Positions 28,546 through 38,563 of a stretch of 64,000 nucleotides of DNA are shown piece by piece; the stretch's first letter is position 1; each line of letters opens with the position of its first letter. The translations under genes and the position numbers were made by a program. This DNA is from Armatimonadetes bacterium UBA5352 (GTDB taxonomy: Bacteria; Armatimonadota; Zipacnadia; Zipacnadales; UBA5352): NCBI GenBank assembly GCA_002411015.1, contig DHPY01000104.1, positions 56,101 through 120,100 of the forward strand. Reading direction: 5' to 3'. The notes below the pieces were generated by a model, which was given only the letters and a program-made list of their open reading frames with translations, searched no databases and was not told where the DNA came from.

Positions 28546-29583
28546 TCATTCCTTGATGACCACGCGGGTGCCGATCGGGATGGTCTCATACATCTCGATC
28601 GCGTGCGCGTTCGTGAGCCGGATGCAGCCGCCTGAGATGCGCCTGCCGATGGATGACGGCTGGTTGGTGCCGTGGATGCCGATGGCGCGGCCGGTCTCAT
28701 AGCCGCGGGCGGTGGTGCCGAGCCAGCGAGCGCCCAGCGGGTTGCGCGGGCTGCCGCCGGGGATGTACTCGCCCCAGTACGCCCGCCACGGCGGCCACAC
28801 GGCCTTGTTGCGGACGCGCCAGTCGCCGATGGGGCTGTTGTTCCCCTCACCGGTGCAGCACGCCCAGCGGACGAGCTGCCTGCCGGAGTACGAGACCTCC
28901 AGCGTGCGATCGCTGCGATCGATCACGATCTCAAAGAGGTCCTCCGGAGCCGCGACCTCGAGGCGCCGATCGCCGCTGGAGAGCGTCCAGGCCGACTTCG
29001 CTGCGCTCCACGCAGTGCTGACGGGCAGGACGGCATCGAGGCCTCGTACCGGCAGGTGCAGCCGGCCGTTGAGTTCACGGGGCGGCTGCGGGAGGGTCAC
29101 CGGCTGGTAGTTGCGTCTCACGATAGGGCTGAGGGGCGTGAACTCCACGATGCCAGTCGGGGCGATCAGCCTCGCCGGAGCGCCTGGCGCCTGCCGGACC
29201 AGTTCCGCGCCGATGAAGCTCGCGACCGTCGCGGCATCCACGTAGAAGACGTCTTCGAGACGAACGCCGCTGGCCGCTGCGCCCTGCTCAGCCTGAACAC
29301 GCGCCAGCGCCGCCGCAAGCTCACCACTGCGATGGCTGACCGCAGAAGCCACGGGGGCGACGGAGGGGGCCTCGAGCCTCCCGGAGCGCACCCGTTGTGG
29401 GAGCGGCGGGGAGATGACACACGCGAGCGGTGTGCGCGAGGCCGAGGCGTGGCCGTCGGTCAGGCGCTGGTAGAGGGCGATGTCCAGCGCCGAGCAGGCG
29501 ACCCATAGACCCGCAACTGCGAGGGCGACCTGCAGAAGCTCGATCGCCCAGGAACGCGCGCTTCCAGCCTGTACCGCGACCAT
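28546..29583 (-). CDS. L,D-transpeptidase (YkuD domain) with N-terminal membrane anchor
   Basis: C-terminal catalytic motif IGIHGTNQPSSIGRRISGGCIRL (His...Ser/Gly-Cys). N-terminal TM WAIELLQVALAVAGLWVACSAL. Confidence 0.8.
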   Translation of the reverse strand: MVAVQAGSARSWAIELLQVALAVAGLWVACSALDIALYQRLTDGHASASRTPLACVISPPLPQRVRSGRLEAPSVAPVASAVSHRSGELAAALARVQAEQGAAASGVRLEDVFYVDAATVASFIGAELVRQAPGAPARLIAPTGIVEFTPLSPIVRRNYQPVTLPQPPRELNGRLHLPVRGLDAVLPVSTAWSAAKSAWTLSSGDRRLEVAAPEDLFEIVIDRSDRTLEVSYSGRQLVRWACCTGEGNNSPIGDWRVRNKAVWPPWRAYWGEYIPGGSPRNPLGARWLGTTARGYETGRAIGIHGTNQPSSIGRRISGGCIRLTNAHAIEMYETIPIGTRVVIKE

Positions 29584-29696
29584 GTCTGCCACCCGAGGTG
29601 CGATGTTGCCGCGCGTAGAGCCTGTCCCGGATGGGAGTATACATTCCGCGAGGGCGTGCTGCAAGTCGAAGCACCGAATGCATACCGCCGAGCACG

Positions 29697-30638
29697 TTAC
29701 GAACAAGTGACCCAGTCGGGGCGGAAGTTCATCCACCGGATCCGTTCGCGGCGCCAGGTGTAGACGAGATGGACGCTGCCATCATCGGCGACCATGAGCG
29801 TCGGGTAGGAGTACTCACCCGGCTCGCTCTCCACATTGCGCCTGGCCAGCCATGTCCGGCCCTCATCGAGTGAGAGCGCCATGGTGAGAGGAGTGCGCTG
29901 CGTGGGGCTGTCGTTGAAGCAGACGATGGTCTCGCCGCTGTCGAGCTTCACCATGTCGGCGCCCGAGTTGGGGTTCTGCAGTTCCGAGGGCACGCATGGC
30001 GACCACGTCTCGCCGCCGTCCGTTGAGTCGCACTCCCACGCGTGGGAGACCTCGCCATCTGAGCGCAGGATCGCGTGCAGCGTGCCATCCTCCCGCTCGA
30101 TGACGGCGGGCTGGATTGCGCCGGTGGGGGCGGACATGCGGCCGGAGCGGCGCCACGCCTCGCCACCGTCATCGGTGAGATAGCAGACGCCCTCCCAGAC
30201 CTTCTCATCATAGGCAGGCAGCACGAGCCGCCCGGAGGAGAGTTGCAGCGGGCGATGGCGGACCATCATCCCGGGCTCGTCGTCGAAGACCTGGGCCTCG
30301 GTCCAGCTCTCGCCGCCGTCGTGGCTGCGGAGGAGGTAGAGCGCGGCGGTGTCCCAGCCGCTGTCCTGGATGACATCCACGAAGTGCCAGAGCTCGGTTC
30401 CCTGGCGGCACACGACGGTGTTTCCGCCGGGGCGGCCGGGCGGGTCGAAGAGGACGCGGGGGTCGCTCCAGCGGTCGCCGCCGTGGATGGCGCACATGAC
30501 GGCGACGTCGGCCGCGCCTTCATGCGAGCCGGCGTACCAGGTCGCGAACAGGCCGCCCCCAGGCCGCTCGGCGATCGAGGCGCAATGACAGGAGGGGCGT
30601 TCGGGGGTTCCGTGGAATATGAACTGACCGTAGAGCAT
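29697..30638 (-). CDS. BNR-repeat exo-alpha-sialidase-like glycoside hydrolase (GH33-like), no signal peptide
   Basis: Four Asp-box repeats (SHDGGESW, TDDGGEAW, STDGGETW, SLDEGRTW). GAGGG RBS before the ATG at 30638. Confidence 0.8.
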   Translation of the reverse strand: MLYGQFIFHGTPERPSCHCASIAERPGGGLFATWYAGSHEGAADVAVMCAIHGGDRWSDPRVLFDPPGRPGGNTVVCRQGTELWHFVDVIQDSGWDTAALYLLRSHDGGESWTEAQVFDDEPGMMVRHRPLQLSSGRLVLPAYDEKVWEGVCYLTDDGGEAWRRSGRMSAPTGAIQPAVIEREDGTLHAILRSDGEVSHAWECDSTDGGETWSPCVPSELQNPNSGADMVKLDSGETIVCFNDSPTQRTPLTMALSLDEGRTWLARRNVESEPGEYSYPTLMVADDGSVHLVYTWRRERIRWMNFRPDWVTCS

Positions 30639-30766
30639 AGCCCTCACCCATTCACTCTCAATTGCTCCGGCAAGCTTGCGGGGCAGTTGCGATCTGGGTA
30701 TACTGCCCCTCGAACCGCCACCCGGCACGACCTGCATGCCGGACGAGGCAGGAAAGGACGCCCAAT

Positions 30767-31348
30767 ATGGACAGAATCACCGCGCTGACGACGCGCATAG
30801 GTGTTCCCGCTCTTACCCGCCGCCACCTGCTCTTGATTGCAGGCACCGTTGCGGCCGCGGGCATGACCGCGGTAGCGGCGAACCTGCGGATCCCGCTCCC
30901 GTTCTCCCCCGTGCCCGTCACGGGCCAGACGATGATGGTGCTGATCTCAGGCGCCGTCCTCGGGCCGCTGGCGGGCTCGCTGAGCCAGGTGCTGTTCATA
31001 GTGATGGGCGCAGCGGGTGCGGTGCCTCTCGCGGGCGGCGCGCTGACGGGCGTTACATTCGGCTACCTGATCGGCTTCGTCATTGCCGCGCGGATCGTAG
31101 GTGCCGCGACGCGCCGCACCGACAGCGCCCTGAAGGTCGGCTTGGCGATGGGCCTCGCGAGCCTCACACTTCTCCTGTGCGGATCGGCCTGGCTCTGCGT
31201 GTCGCAGGGGCTTTCGGTGGGACAGGCTCTGAGCGTAGGGCTGCTGCCGTTCCTGCCCGGAGATGGGCTCAAGGCGCTGGCGGCACTGGCGTTCTGGCGT
31301 GCGGGCTCGGGCGCGTGGCGGAAGCTCTCGCGGACGGCTAAAGACTGA
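30767..31348 (+). CDS. bioY: BioY family biotin transporter (ECF S-component)
   Basis: PVPVTGQTMMVLISGAVLGP is the BioY signature. Five or six TM helices and an AGGAAAGGA RBS. Confidence 0.85.
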   Translation: MDRITALTTRIGVPALTRRHLLLIAGTVAAAGMTAVAANLRIPLPFSPVPVTGQTMMVLISGAVLGPLAGSLSQVLFIVMGAAGAVPLAGGALTGVTFGYLIGFVIAARIVGAATRRTDSALKVGLAMGLASLTLLLCGSAWLCVSQGLSVGQALSVGLLPFLPGDGLKALAALAFWRAGSGAWRKLSRTAKD

Positions 31349-31364
31349 GGCTCACCCGGGGAGG

Positions 31365-33143
31365 ATGAGAGCAGTGGCCGAGGGAGGTGGCGCCGGCAGC
31401 CCCGCTGAGACGCCGACCGACGGCGCCTCAGACCGGCTACGAGACTGGCCGCTTCGGCTGGCAGTTGTTGCGGCGCTGGCCGTAGCCATCTTCTACTCGA
31501 TCATGCAGCAGCAGGCCGGACCGCTTCTCTGGCCCGATGCGGTCGGGTACGTCTCCGGCGCGCAGGCCCTGGTAAAGAGGGGCGTGTACAGCCTGTCAAC
31601 AATGCAATTCACCCCCGAACTGCTCGATGCGCCCAGCGAGATCAACCCAGTCCCCTGGTGGCCCCCGGGCTATTCGGCCGCGATTGCCCTCGTCTCTGGT
31701 CTGCAGGCTGACGATCCGGTGAGGATGGTGCTGGCGACACACGCACTCAACCTCGCCGGGCAACTCCTCGCCGGGCTCGGCTTCGGGGTGCTGGCGTCGC
31801 TGACATCGGGAAGGCGCATCGCGGCCCCGGTCGTGGCGGGGCTGTATCTCCTCTCGGGGCCGGTCATCTACGAGGCCCCGCGCGTACTCTCCGAGCATCT
31901 CTTCATGGCCCTGGTCGCATGGGCGCTGGTCGCGCACGTGAAGGTCGTCGAGGCTCCTCACTGGCGTTACGTGGCGGTCGCGTCGGTGTTCTGGTCGGCG
32001 GCTGTCCTGACGCGCTACACCGGTGCGCCTCTCGCCGCGCTGGCGGGAATGGCGGGTGCGGTGACACTCTGGCAGAGCGAGGATCGCTGGCGGCGCATCG
32101 CAGGGGCGCTTGTGCCAAGCGCAGCGGCGTGGCTGACGCTCGCGGCATGGCTTGGGCGGAACCATTTCATTGCGGGGCGCCTCACGCAGCACTATGCGGA
32201 GGCCGGTCATCCAGCCAGTTTCAAGGCGCTGGAGCTTCTGTACGCTTTCACCCTCGGCCTGAGCGGCATACCGACGGACCCGAACATCATCTCGGGCCCC
32301 GATCTCCTCATCGCGTTCCTCGGCGGGTTCTTTCTCATCTTCACTTTGGTCGCAGCGGGATTGGAGGGTCTCAGGCTGCCCGCCCCGACTCGCACGCTGG
32401 CATGGAGATGGCTGCGCCTCCTCTGCCTGGTCGGAATCCCGCTCCTCCTCGCTTCGCTTCTTCTGGCCAGCCTTCGTGGCAGGCTCAACACATTCTGGGG
32501 CAGGATGATGATGCCTCTGGAGGCGCTCACCCTCGTCTTCCTCATGGGCGCCGCAATACGTCGGCAGGCGGCCCGGGTGCCGTTCGTCGCGCTGGCGCTG
32601 TGTGTGGTCGTCGGAGGTCTGACCGCTGGTGTGTCGAATCTCATGCTTCCATCGGGGCGGCATCGGCTGGCGGAGTTCGCCTCCATCGCGGGCAGTCCAG
32701 CAATGCGTGAGGCGGTACGAGGACGGCGCGTGCTGATTGCAGGGGATAGCTGCATCCCCGTGGCCGTACTCAGTGTCCCGGCGGCGGTGTTCCTGCCGGA
32801 GGCGGAGGCTGTCTACTGGCTTGACAATCCAGGTTACACCGGCCTTGTCCTCGGACCCGGAAGTCTGCAGGACCTAATGGCGCAGTGTCGGATAGAGTTC
32901 CTTCTGCGCGGCCCGGACGAGTACCTGACGAGTTACCAGGAGGGCGGCATCGGCCCCGAGGCGCTGCGCCGGAAGTTGCATGCGCAGTTGGTGGAACTGG
33001 AGAGGGAGGAACTCGAGGCGTCCGAGGACTGGAAGGTGTGCCTGCCGCTGCACACGCGTCCCGTATCCAGAGCGGGGATGTGGTCACTGGAGGAAATCGT
33101 GGCCGTTCCCGCGCCGACCAGCAGCACTCATAGCGAGAGGTGA
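31365..33143 (+). CDS. Polytopic membrane protein, putative GT-C fold glycosyltransferase (GT39/GT83 ArnT/PMT-like)
   Basis: At least 10 predicted TM helices with a WWPPGYSAAIAL (hPPL-like) loop motif, then a soluble C-terminal domain. The start codon is uncertain. Confidence 0.4.
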   Translation: MRAVAEGGGAGSPAETPTDGASDRLRDWPLRLAVVAALAVAIFYSIMQQQAGPLLWPDAVGYVSGAQALVKRGVYSLSTMQFTPELLDAPSEINPVPWWPPGYSAAIALVSGLQADDPVRMVLATHALNLAGQLLAGLGFGVLASLTSGRRIAAPVVAGLYLLSGPVIYEAPRVLSEHLFMALVAWALVAHVKVVEAPHWRYVAVASVFWSAAVLTRYTGAPLAALAGMAGAVTLWQSEDRWRRIAGALVPSAAAWLTLAAWLGRNHFIAGRLTQHYAEAGHPASFKALELLYAFTLGLSGIPTDPNIISGPDLLIAFLGGFFLIFTLVAAGLEGLRLPAPTRTLAWRWLRLLCLVGIPLLLASLLLASLRGRLNTFWGRMMMPLEALTLVFLMGAAIRRQAARVPFVALALCVVVGGLTAGVSNLMLPSGRHRLAEFASIAGSPAMREAVRGRRVLIAGDSCIPVAVLSVPAAVFLPEAEAVYWLDNPGYTGLVLGPGSLQDLMAQCRIEFLLRGPDEYLTSYQEGGIGPEALRRKLHAQLVELEREELEASEDWKVCLPLHTRPVSRAGMWSLEEIVAVPAPTSSTHSER

Positions 33144-33149
33144 CGAGAC

Positions 33150-33962
33150 GTGAAGCTTGGTGTGCGAGCGATTATCTTCACACGCACTCATCCGGTCGAG
33201 GAAGCGGCCAGGCTCATCGCTTCCTATGGCCTCGACGGCGTGGCGGTACCCACGATCTATCAGGAGTACCCGCAGTACAGCACCAGCCACCCGGCGATGG
33301 ACCCGTCGGCATACCCGGCGGAGGCGGCGGAGCATGTCCGCAGGAGCTTCCACGACGCCGGGCTGGCAACGTGGGCGATGGACTCCTACAACAACATCAG
33401 CAGCGATGATCCGGAGGTCCGGCGTGCCGCGATTGACGCGATGAAGGGCGCCATCGAGACCGCGCGGCGCTTCGGCTGCGACACTATCGCCACTGAGTCC
33501 GGCCGGCGCGGGGTCGGAGGCTTCGAGCGCTGCGTCGAGGCATTCCGGGAGTTCATGCCGCTGGCGGAGGCGAACGGGATCACGGTCTGCGTGGAGCCGT
33601 CTTACGCGCAGACGGTGCCGAACTCATGGACGATGCGCGGGCTGATCGAGGAGATCGGTAGCCCGAACCTGAAGGTCCTGCTCGACCCGGCGAACATCCT
33701 CTGCTACGACGACACCGCGCGGCCGTTCGAGGTACTGCGCGAGCATATTGTCCTCGCGCACGCGAAGGATTGCATCGTGGATGAGAAGGGGATGCCGAGC
33801 TTCCCCTCCGCCGGCCAGGGTCAGGTGAACTGGCCGGTCTTCCTCGAGCGACTGATGGCACTCGGGGACGTGCCGCTGATCATTGAGTACGCGAAAGAAG
33901 AGACCTTTGCCGAAGTCGTGGACTTCCTGCGCGCGCAGATCGCCGAGGTCGAAGGGAACTGA
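33150..33962 (+). CDS. Sugar phosphate isomerase/epimerase (xylose isomerase-like TIM barrel)
   Basis: AP-endonuclease-2/xylose-isomerase-like barrel pattern with TIATESG...ITVCVEP...DPANI...LAHAKD metal-ligand positions. Confidence 0.8.
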   Translation: MKLGVRAIIFTRTHPVEEAARLIASYGLDGVAVPTIYQEYPQYSTSHPAMDPSAYPAEAAEHVRRSFHDAGLATWAMDSYNNISSDDPEVRRAAIDAMKGAIETARRFGCDTIATESGRRGVGGFERCVEAFREFMPLAEANGITVCVEPSYAQTVPNSWTMRGLIEEIGSPNLKVLLDPANILCYDDTARPFEVLREHIVLAHAKDCIVDEKGMPSFPSAGQGQVNWPVFLERLMALGDVPLIIEYAKEETFAEVVDFLRAQIAEVEGN

Positions 33963-34050
33963 GCCACCTCTCCCGGAGACCTCCGGTCTCACGGCCCCCT
34001 CTCCGTTCCGGAAGAGGGAGCCAACGTGAGGCAACGGAGGCAACCCGAGC

Positions 34051-35166
34051 ATGAATCAGCGGGAGCGCTTTGTCGCGTGCATGACGTATCAGCCGGTGGA
34101 CCACGTCCCGGATCGGGAGTTCGGCTTCTGGGATGATACCTTCAAGCGGTGGCATCAGGAGGGGCTGCCGGAGGAGATCAACAGCAACTCCAACTGCGAC
34201 CCGTTCTTCGGCTTCGAGCGCATGATGATGCTGCCGGCCCCGGTCGGGCTGATCCCGGGCTTTGAGAGCAAGATCCTCGAGGAGAGCGGGGACCGCCAGA
34301 TCGTGCAGGATGGCGAGGGCGCGAAGAAGGTCATCTACACGGATGGCACGAGCACGATCCCGCGTTACCTCGAGTTTCCGGTCAGGGACCGTGCTTCGTG
34401 GGAGGAGCTCAAGGAGCGGCTGCGGATTGACGACCCGGCGCGCTACGGGAGCGACTGGGACGAGATCGCTCTGCGCACGCACGAGAGCGATGTGCCCGTG
34501 CAGATCCACGGCGGCAGTCTCTTCGGGCGGCTGCGGAACTACATGGGCTTCGAGGGCATCGCGATGATGTGCCACGATGACCCGGAGCTTATCGGCGATA
34601 TGGTCGAGCACATGTGCCAGATGGCCTGTGCGGTGATTGAGCCCGCGGTGAAGGCGGGCTGCCGGATCGACTGCGGCTCGTTCTGGGAGGACATCAACTT
34701 CAAGCAGGGCTGCATCATCTCCCCCACCATGTTCCACCGCTGGCTGACGCCGCGCTACACGCGGATCACGGACCTCATGTACGAGATGGGCGCGGTCATG
34801 TGCTTCGTCGATTCGGACGGCAACATCACCGATTCGGTTGATGGCTGGCTCGATGGCGGCGTGAACTGCATGTTCCCGGTGGAGGTCGCGGCGGGCTCGG
34901 ACCCGATTGACATTCGGAAGCGCTGGGGCCAGAAGGTTCTGCTGATGGGCGGCGTCAACAAGCGCGCGCTGGCGGCGGGCCGCGACGCGATTGACGCTGA
35001 GATCGCGCGCCTGAAGCCGCTGGTGGACGAGGGCGGCTACATCCCGCACGTGGACCATCGCGTGCCGCCGGATGTCAGCTACGCCGACTATCTCTACTAC
35101 CTGCAGCGCAAGCGCGAGGTTTTCGGCATTCCGGAGCCGACCGACGCGCCGATGTTCAACACGTAG
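34051..35166 (+). CDS. Uroporphyrinogen decarboxylase (URO-D)-like family protein (full length)
   Basis: N-terminal ERFVACMTYQPVDHVPDREFGFW is the URO-D family N-motif. It is homologous to 20456..21424 over the remaining 300 aa. There is no porphyrin-pathway context, so it is probably a methyltransferase/decarboxylase-like enzyme of unknown substrate. Confidence 0.8.
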   Translation: MNQRERFVACMTYQPVDHVPDREFGFWDDTFKRWHQEGLPEEINSNSNCDPFFGFERMMMLPAPVGLIPGFESKILEESGDRQIVQDGEGAKKVIYTDGTSTIPRYLEFPVRDRASWEELKERLRIDDPARYGSDWDEIALRTHESDVPVQIHGGSLFGRLRNYMGFEGIAMMCHDDPELIGDMVEHMCQMACAVIEPAVKAGCRIDCGSFWEDINFKQGCIISPTMFHRWLTPRYTRITDLMYEMGAVMCFVDSDGNITDSVDGWLDGGVNCMFPVEVAAGSDPIDIRKRWGQKVLLMGGVNKRALAAGRDAIDAEIARLKPLVDEGGYIPHVDHRVPPDVSYADYLYYLQRKREVFGIPEPTDAPMFNT

Positions 35167-35185
35167 CGCGAGGAGTCATGGCCTG

Positions 35186-37453
35186 ATGATGCGCGTACTC
35201 AGCCGCTCTGCACTGATCGCCATCGGGGTGGTCACCATCATGGCAGCGAGATCAGACGCGCACTGGGAGCCGCCGACTGAGACCTTCCCGTGGGCGGATC
35301 CGGGGGCGGTCCGCTGGGTCATCAACTACTCCTCGATGGACGAGGCGCAGGTGCAGTTCCTGCTGGACGCAGGCTTCAACCTGATCCAGGGCGGCGCCTT
35401 CGCAGGTGATGCGATGCAGATTGCGCGCGAGGGGGGCGCGCACCGGATGATGTACATCTGCTCGCGCACGATCTACCACGAGCAGCTCTTCCCGGAGCAC
35501 CCGGAGCTGCGCGAGGCGGCGATCCTTACCCCCGAGGGCGAGTACAAGGTCATCTATAACAACCCGGCGCGCTATGCGGGGTGCTTCAACCAGCCGGCGT
35601 GGCTGGAGTACATCAAGGGGCGGATGGACGCCCTCCAGGAGATGGGCGTTGACTGCATCTTCTTCGACAACCCCATGACCTGGGCGTGCTACTGCCCGAC
35701 CTGCCGCGAGAAGTTCCGCGCCTACAGCCTCGAGCATACCGGCACTGCGTATGAGCTTGGCGAGGCAGGCACTCCGGGCGAGCTTGAGCGCTGGTTCACG
35801 CTCGACACCGCGCGCGAGTTCTTTGAGCAGGTCCACGCCTACGCGCACGACCGCGAAGAGCCGCTGTTCATCGTCGCGAACAACCTGAGCTACTGGTTGA
35901 TAGATCAGGGCCTGGTGGATGGCGTCTTCACCGAGGCCTTCGCGCACCCGCCCTTCGGGAAAGACATCGCGGCCTGCAAGATCGGCCTGGCCGCCAGTCA
36001 CGGCCGCCCGACCGGCTTCCTGAGCTACATCCCGGGCCCACCGAGGCAGGCTCGCGGGGTGGAGCGCTACCACGCTCCCGGCGCGACGAACATGTGGGTG
36101 GCGCTCCCGCTGCCGGAGGAGTACGCGCTGGGCTGCGCGACCGGGATCGCGCTCGGCGGCAACTACATGCCGAACATGAGCCTCAATGGCGACCGCAACG
36201 TGCTGGCGATGACCAAGCCGGAGGAGGACCGGGCGATCCTTGACGCCTGCGAGGGGTACGCGGGCTTCGCGCGACAGTGGGAGGCGCTGCTTGCCGATCA
36301 GCGTGCTGGCAGCAAAGTCGGGGTGCTCTTCGATCTCACCTACGGACCGCGCACGGGGCAGATCCTGGGGCTCGATCGCGGCAACATCAACGACCTTCTC
36401 TGGCTGCTGCAGAGCGCGGGGGTGCCATCGGATGTCGTGGTGAACTCCGACCTCAGCCGGGGCGGGCTGGATGACTTCGGCGCGCTGCTGATAGACGGGC
36501 AGGCGACGCTCACGCCGCAGGAGATGACGGGTCTGCGCGAGTTCGTCGAGCGCGGCGGGACGCTGGTGCTCTCGGCCAGCCTCGATATCCGCGAGCGACT
36601 GGAGCCCATCGAGGCCCGCCGCAAGGTCGCGGAGTTCCTGCCCGGGGTCTCCGACGCGCTCTACCTCAACGTGAGCGCGCTCGACCTCAAGATGGATGGC
36701 TACGAGGCCGACAGCGGGCGCATCAAGGCGATGACTGAGGGCACGGCGTCGCTTGAGTTCGCTGCCGAGCCGGGGCTGTGGCAGATCGGATTCAGCTACC
36801 TCGACGAGAGCGACGGGCGGTCGAGCTACGAACTGCTCGTGAACGGCACCGCGGTCGGCAGTTGGACCGCGGACGCCGACGATGATGAGTGGCATGACTT
36901 CATATCCGAGCCGCTTGAGCTTACCGCGGGCGACACGATCGCGGTGCACGGAACCGCCGGCGGGGGGGAGTACGCGCGGGTGCAGTCGCTGACGCTGCGC
37001 AGCCGCACCTCCGAGGCAGGCTACGAGGAGGTCACGCTCGGCGAGGGCCGCGTGCTGCAGATGGCGGGATCGCTGGAGGCGCTCTCCGCTGATGAGTGCG
37101 CGGTCGCGCTGGACGCCCTGCGGGCCGCCACTCCCGTGTCAGGCGCGTGGCCCGAGACGGTGCTGGTGAACGTGCTGCGCCAGCCCGAACGGGGCATCTT
37201 TTCCGCGCACATCGTGAACCACGACTTCGTGTACGACGATGCCTACGCGATACAGGAGATCCGCCCGACGCCCGAGATCACGCTGCAGGTGAACGATCCG
37301 GCGCTCACGGTCGCGTGGCTGGTGGCGCCGGGAGCGGAGCCGAGCGAACTGCCGGTCGTTGACGGCGCGGTCACGGTACCGCCGGTAGAGATCTATGCGG
37401 CGGTGCTGCTCGCTCCGGGCGCGGCGACGCTGGAGGCGCTGACGGCGCAGTAG
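35186..37453 (+). CDS. Secreted putative glycoside-hydrolase-like protein (TIM-barrel GHL type plus GH42-trimerisation-like and C-terminal beta-sandwich domains)
   Basis: Signal peptide MMRVLSRSALIAIGVVTIMAARSDA. DCIFFDNPMTWACYCPTCREKF. A glutamine-amidotransferase-like segment GGTLVLSAS. The architecture is shared with 58093..60126. Family assignment is tentative. Confidence 0.45.
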   Translation: MMRVLSRSALIAIGVVTIMAARSDAHWEPPTETFPWADPGAVRWVINYSSMDEAQVQFLLDAGFNLIQGGAFAGDAMQIAREGGAHRMMYICSRTIYHEQLFPEHPELREAAILTPEGEYKVIYNNPARYAGCFNQPAWLEYIKGRMDALQEMGVDCIFFDNPMTWACYCPTCREKFRAYSLEHTGTAYELGEAGTPGELERWFTLDTAREFFEQVHAYAHDREEPLFIVANNLSYWLIDQGLVDGVFTEAFAHPPFGKDIAACKIGLAASHGRPTGFLSYIPGPPRQARGVERYHAPGATNMWVALPLPEEYALGCATGIALGGNYMPNMSLNGDRNVLAMTKPEEDRAILDACEGYAGFARQWEALLADQRAGSKVGVLFDLTYGPRTGQILGLDRGNINDLLWLLQSAGVPSDVVVNSDLSRGGLDDFGALLIDGQATLTPQEMTGLREFVERGGTLVLSASLDIRERLEPIEARRKVAEFLPGVSDALYLNVSALDLKMDGYEADSGRIKAMTEGTASLEFAAEPGLWQIGFSYLDESDGRSSYELLVNGTAVGSWTADADDDEWHDFISEPLELTAGDTIAVHGTAGGGEYARVQSLTLRSRTSEAGYEEVTLGEGRVLQMAGSLEALSADECAVALDALRAATPVSGAWPETVLVNVLRQPERGIFSAHIVNHDFVYDDAYAIQEIRPTPEITLQVNDPALTVAWLVAPGAEPSELPVVDGAVTVPPVEIYAAVLLAPGAATLEALTAQ

Positions 37454-37468
37454 CTTCAGGGAGGCGAG

Positions 37469-38527
37469 ATGACGATGATGCCGAGCCTGACGAACCCGCT
37501 GCGAGGGCTGATCCTGCCGCGCGACACGCGATCGAAGCGCATCTCAAGCTGGGACACGAGCGGCGCAAACGGGGATCGCTGGATAATGGAGCCCGGTGAG
37601 ACGCGCACCCTCGCGCAGATTGAGAGTGCGGGGTGCATCAACCACATCTGGATGACCTCAAGTTCGGACGAGCCGGCGTGGCCGCGCAGGGTGCTGCTGC
37701 GGATGTACTGGGACGGGCAGGACGCGCCGAGCGTCGAGGTGCCGATGGGAGACTTCTTCGGCGTAGGCCACGGGATGCTGGCGGAGTATGAGTGCATCGC
37801 ACTCAACATGACGCACCACCCGAGCGGCAGGCTGCGGTCGGCGTTCAACTGCTGGTTCCCGATGCCCTTCTCGACCGGCGCGCGCATCGAGCTTGTGAAT
37901 GAGAGCGAGCAGTCGCGGCCGGTCTACTTCTACGTGGACTACGAGGAGCAGGACGAGCCGACGCCAGATCACCTCTACTTCCACGCCTCGTGGCGGCGCG
38001 AGAACCCCTGCGACGGCTGGGGCGCGCCGAACGCGATGTCGGCCGAACGCAAGCTCAACCAGACGCCGAACCTCAGCGATGAGGGGAACTACCTGATCCT
38101 GGAGGCGGAGGGGCGCGGGCACTACGTCGGCTGCAATCTCTCCATCGACAACTGGGATGGCGGCTGGTGGGGCGAGGGCGACGACATGATCTTCATCGAT
38201 GGCGAACAGTGGCCTCCGTCGCTGCACGGGACGGGCTCGGAGGACTACTTCTCGCACGCCTACGGGATGCAGGATGTGCGGGGGCTGTATCACGGCACCT
38301 CGCTCTTCAACCGCGGGCACCGCAACTGGGACGGGAAGTGGACGGTCTACCGGCTGCATATCCCGGACCCGATCGTCTTCCAGCGCTCGATTCGCGTGAG
38401 CATCGAGCATGGCCACGCCAACCACCGCTCAGACGACTACTCCTCCACGGCCTACTGGTATCAGACGCTTCCGGCGAAGCCATTCGCGCCAATGTTGCCG
38501 GTGGAGAGGAGATTGCCGCGCGCGTAG
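37469..38527 (+). CDS. DUF2961 / GH172-like glycoside hydrolase family protein (putative)
   Basis: WDGGWWGEGDDMIFIDGE, GTGSEDYF and a jelly-roll-like N-half resemble DUF2961. Motif-based only. Confidence 0.5.
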   Translation: MTMMPSLTNPLRGLILPRDTRSKRISSWDTSGANGDRWIMEPGETRTLAQIESAGCINHIWMTSSSDEPAWPRRVLLRMYWDGQDAPSVEVPMGDFFGVGHGMLAEYECIALNMTHHPSGRLRSAFNCWFPMPFSTGARIELVNESEQSRPVYFYVDYEEQDEPTPDHLYFHASWRRENPCDGWGAPNAMSAERKLNQTPNLSDEGNYLILEAEGRGHYVGCNLSIDNWDGGWWGEGDDMIFIDGEQWPPSLHGTGSEDYFSHAYGMQDVRGLYHGTSLFNRGHRNWDGKWTVYRLHIPDPIVFQRSIRVSIEHGHANHRSDDYSSTAYWYQTLPAKPFAPMLPVERRLPRA

Positions 38528-38563
38528 CGTATATGTACCTGCCATCTCGAGGAGGTGCTCGCT

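Noticed and set aside
35252-36949. 565-aa ORF antisense to the GHL gene 35186..37453
   Set aside because: Same reasoning: high-GC antisense artefact with Arg/Ala/Val-rich composition and no start context.
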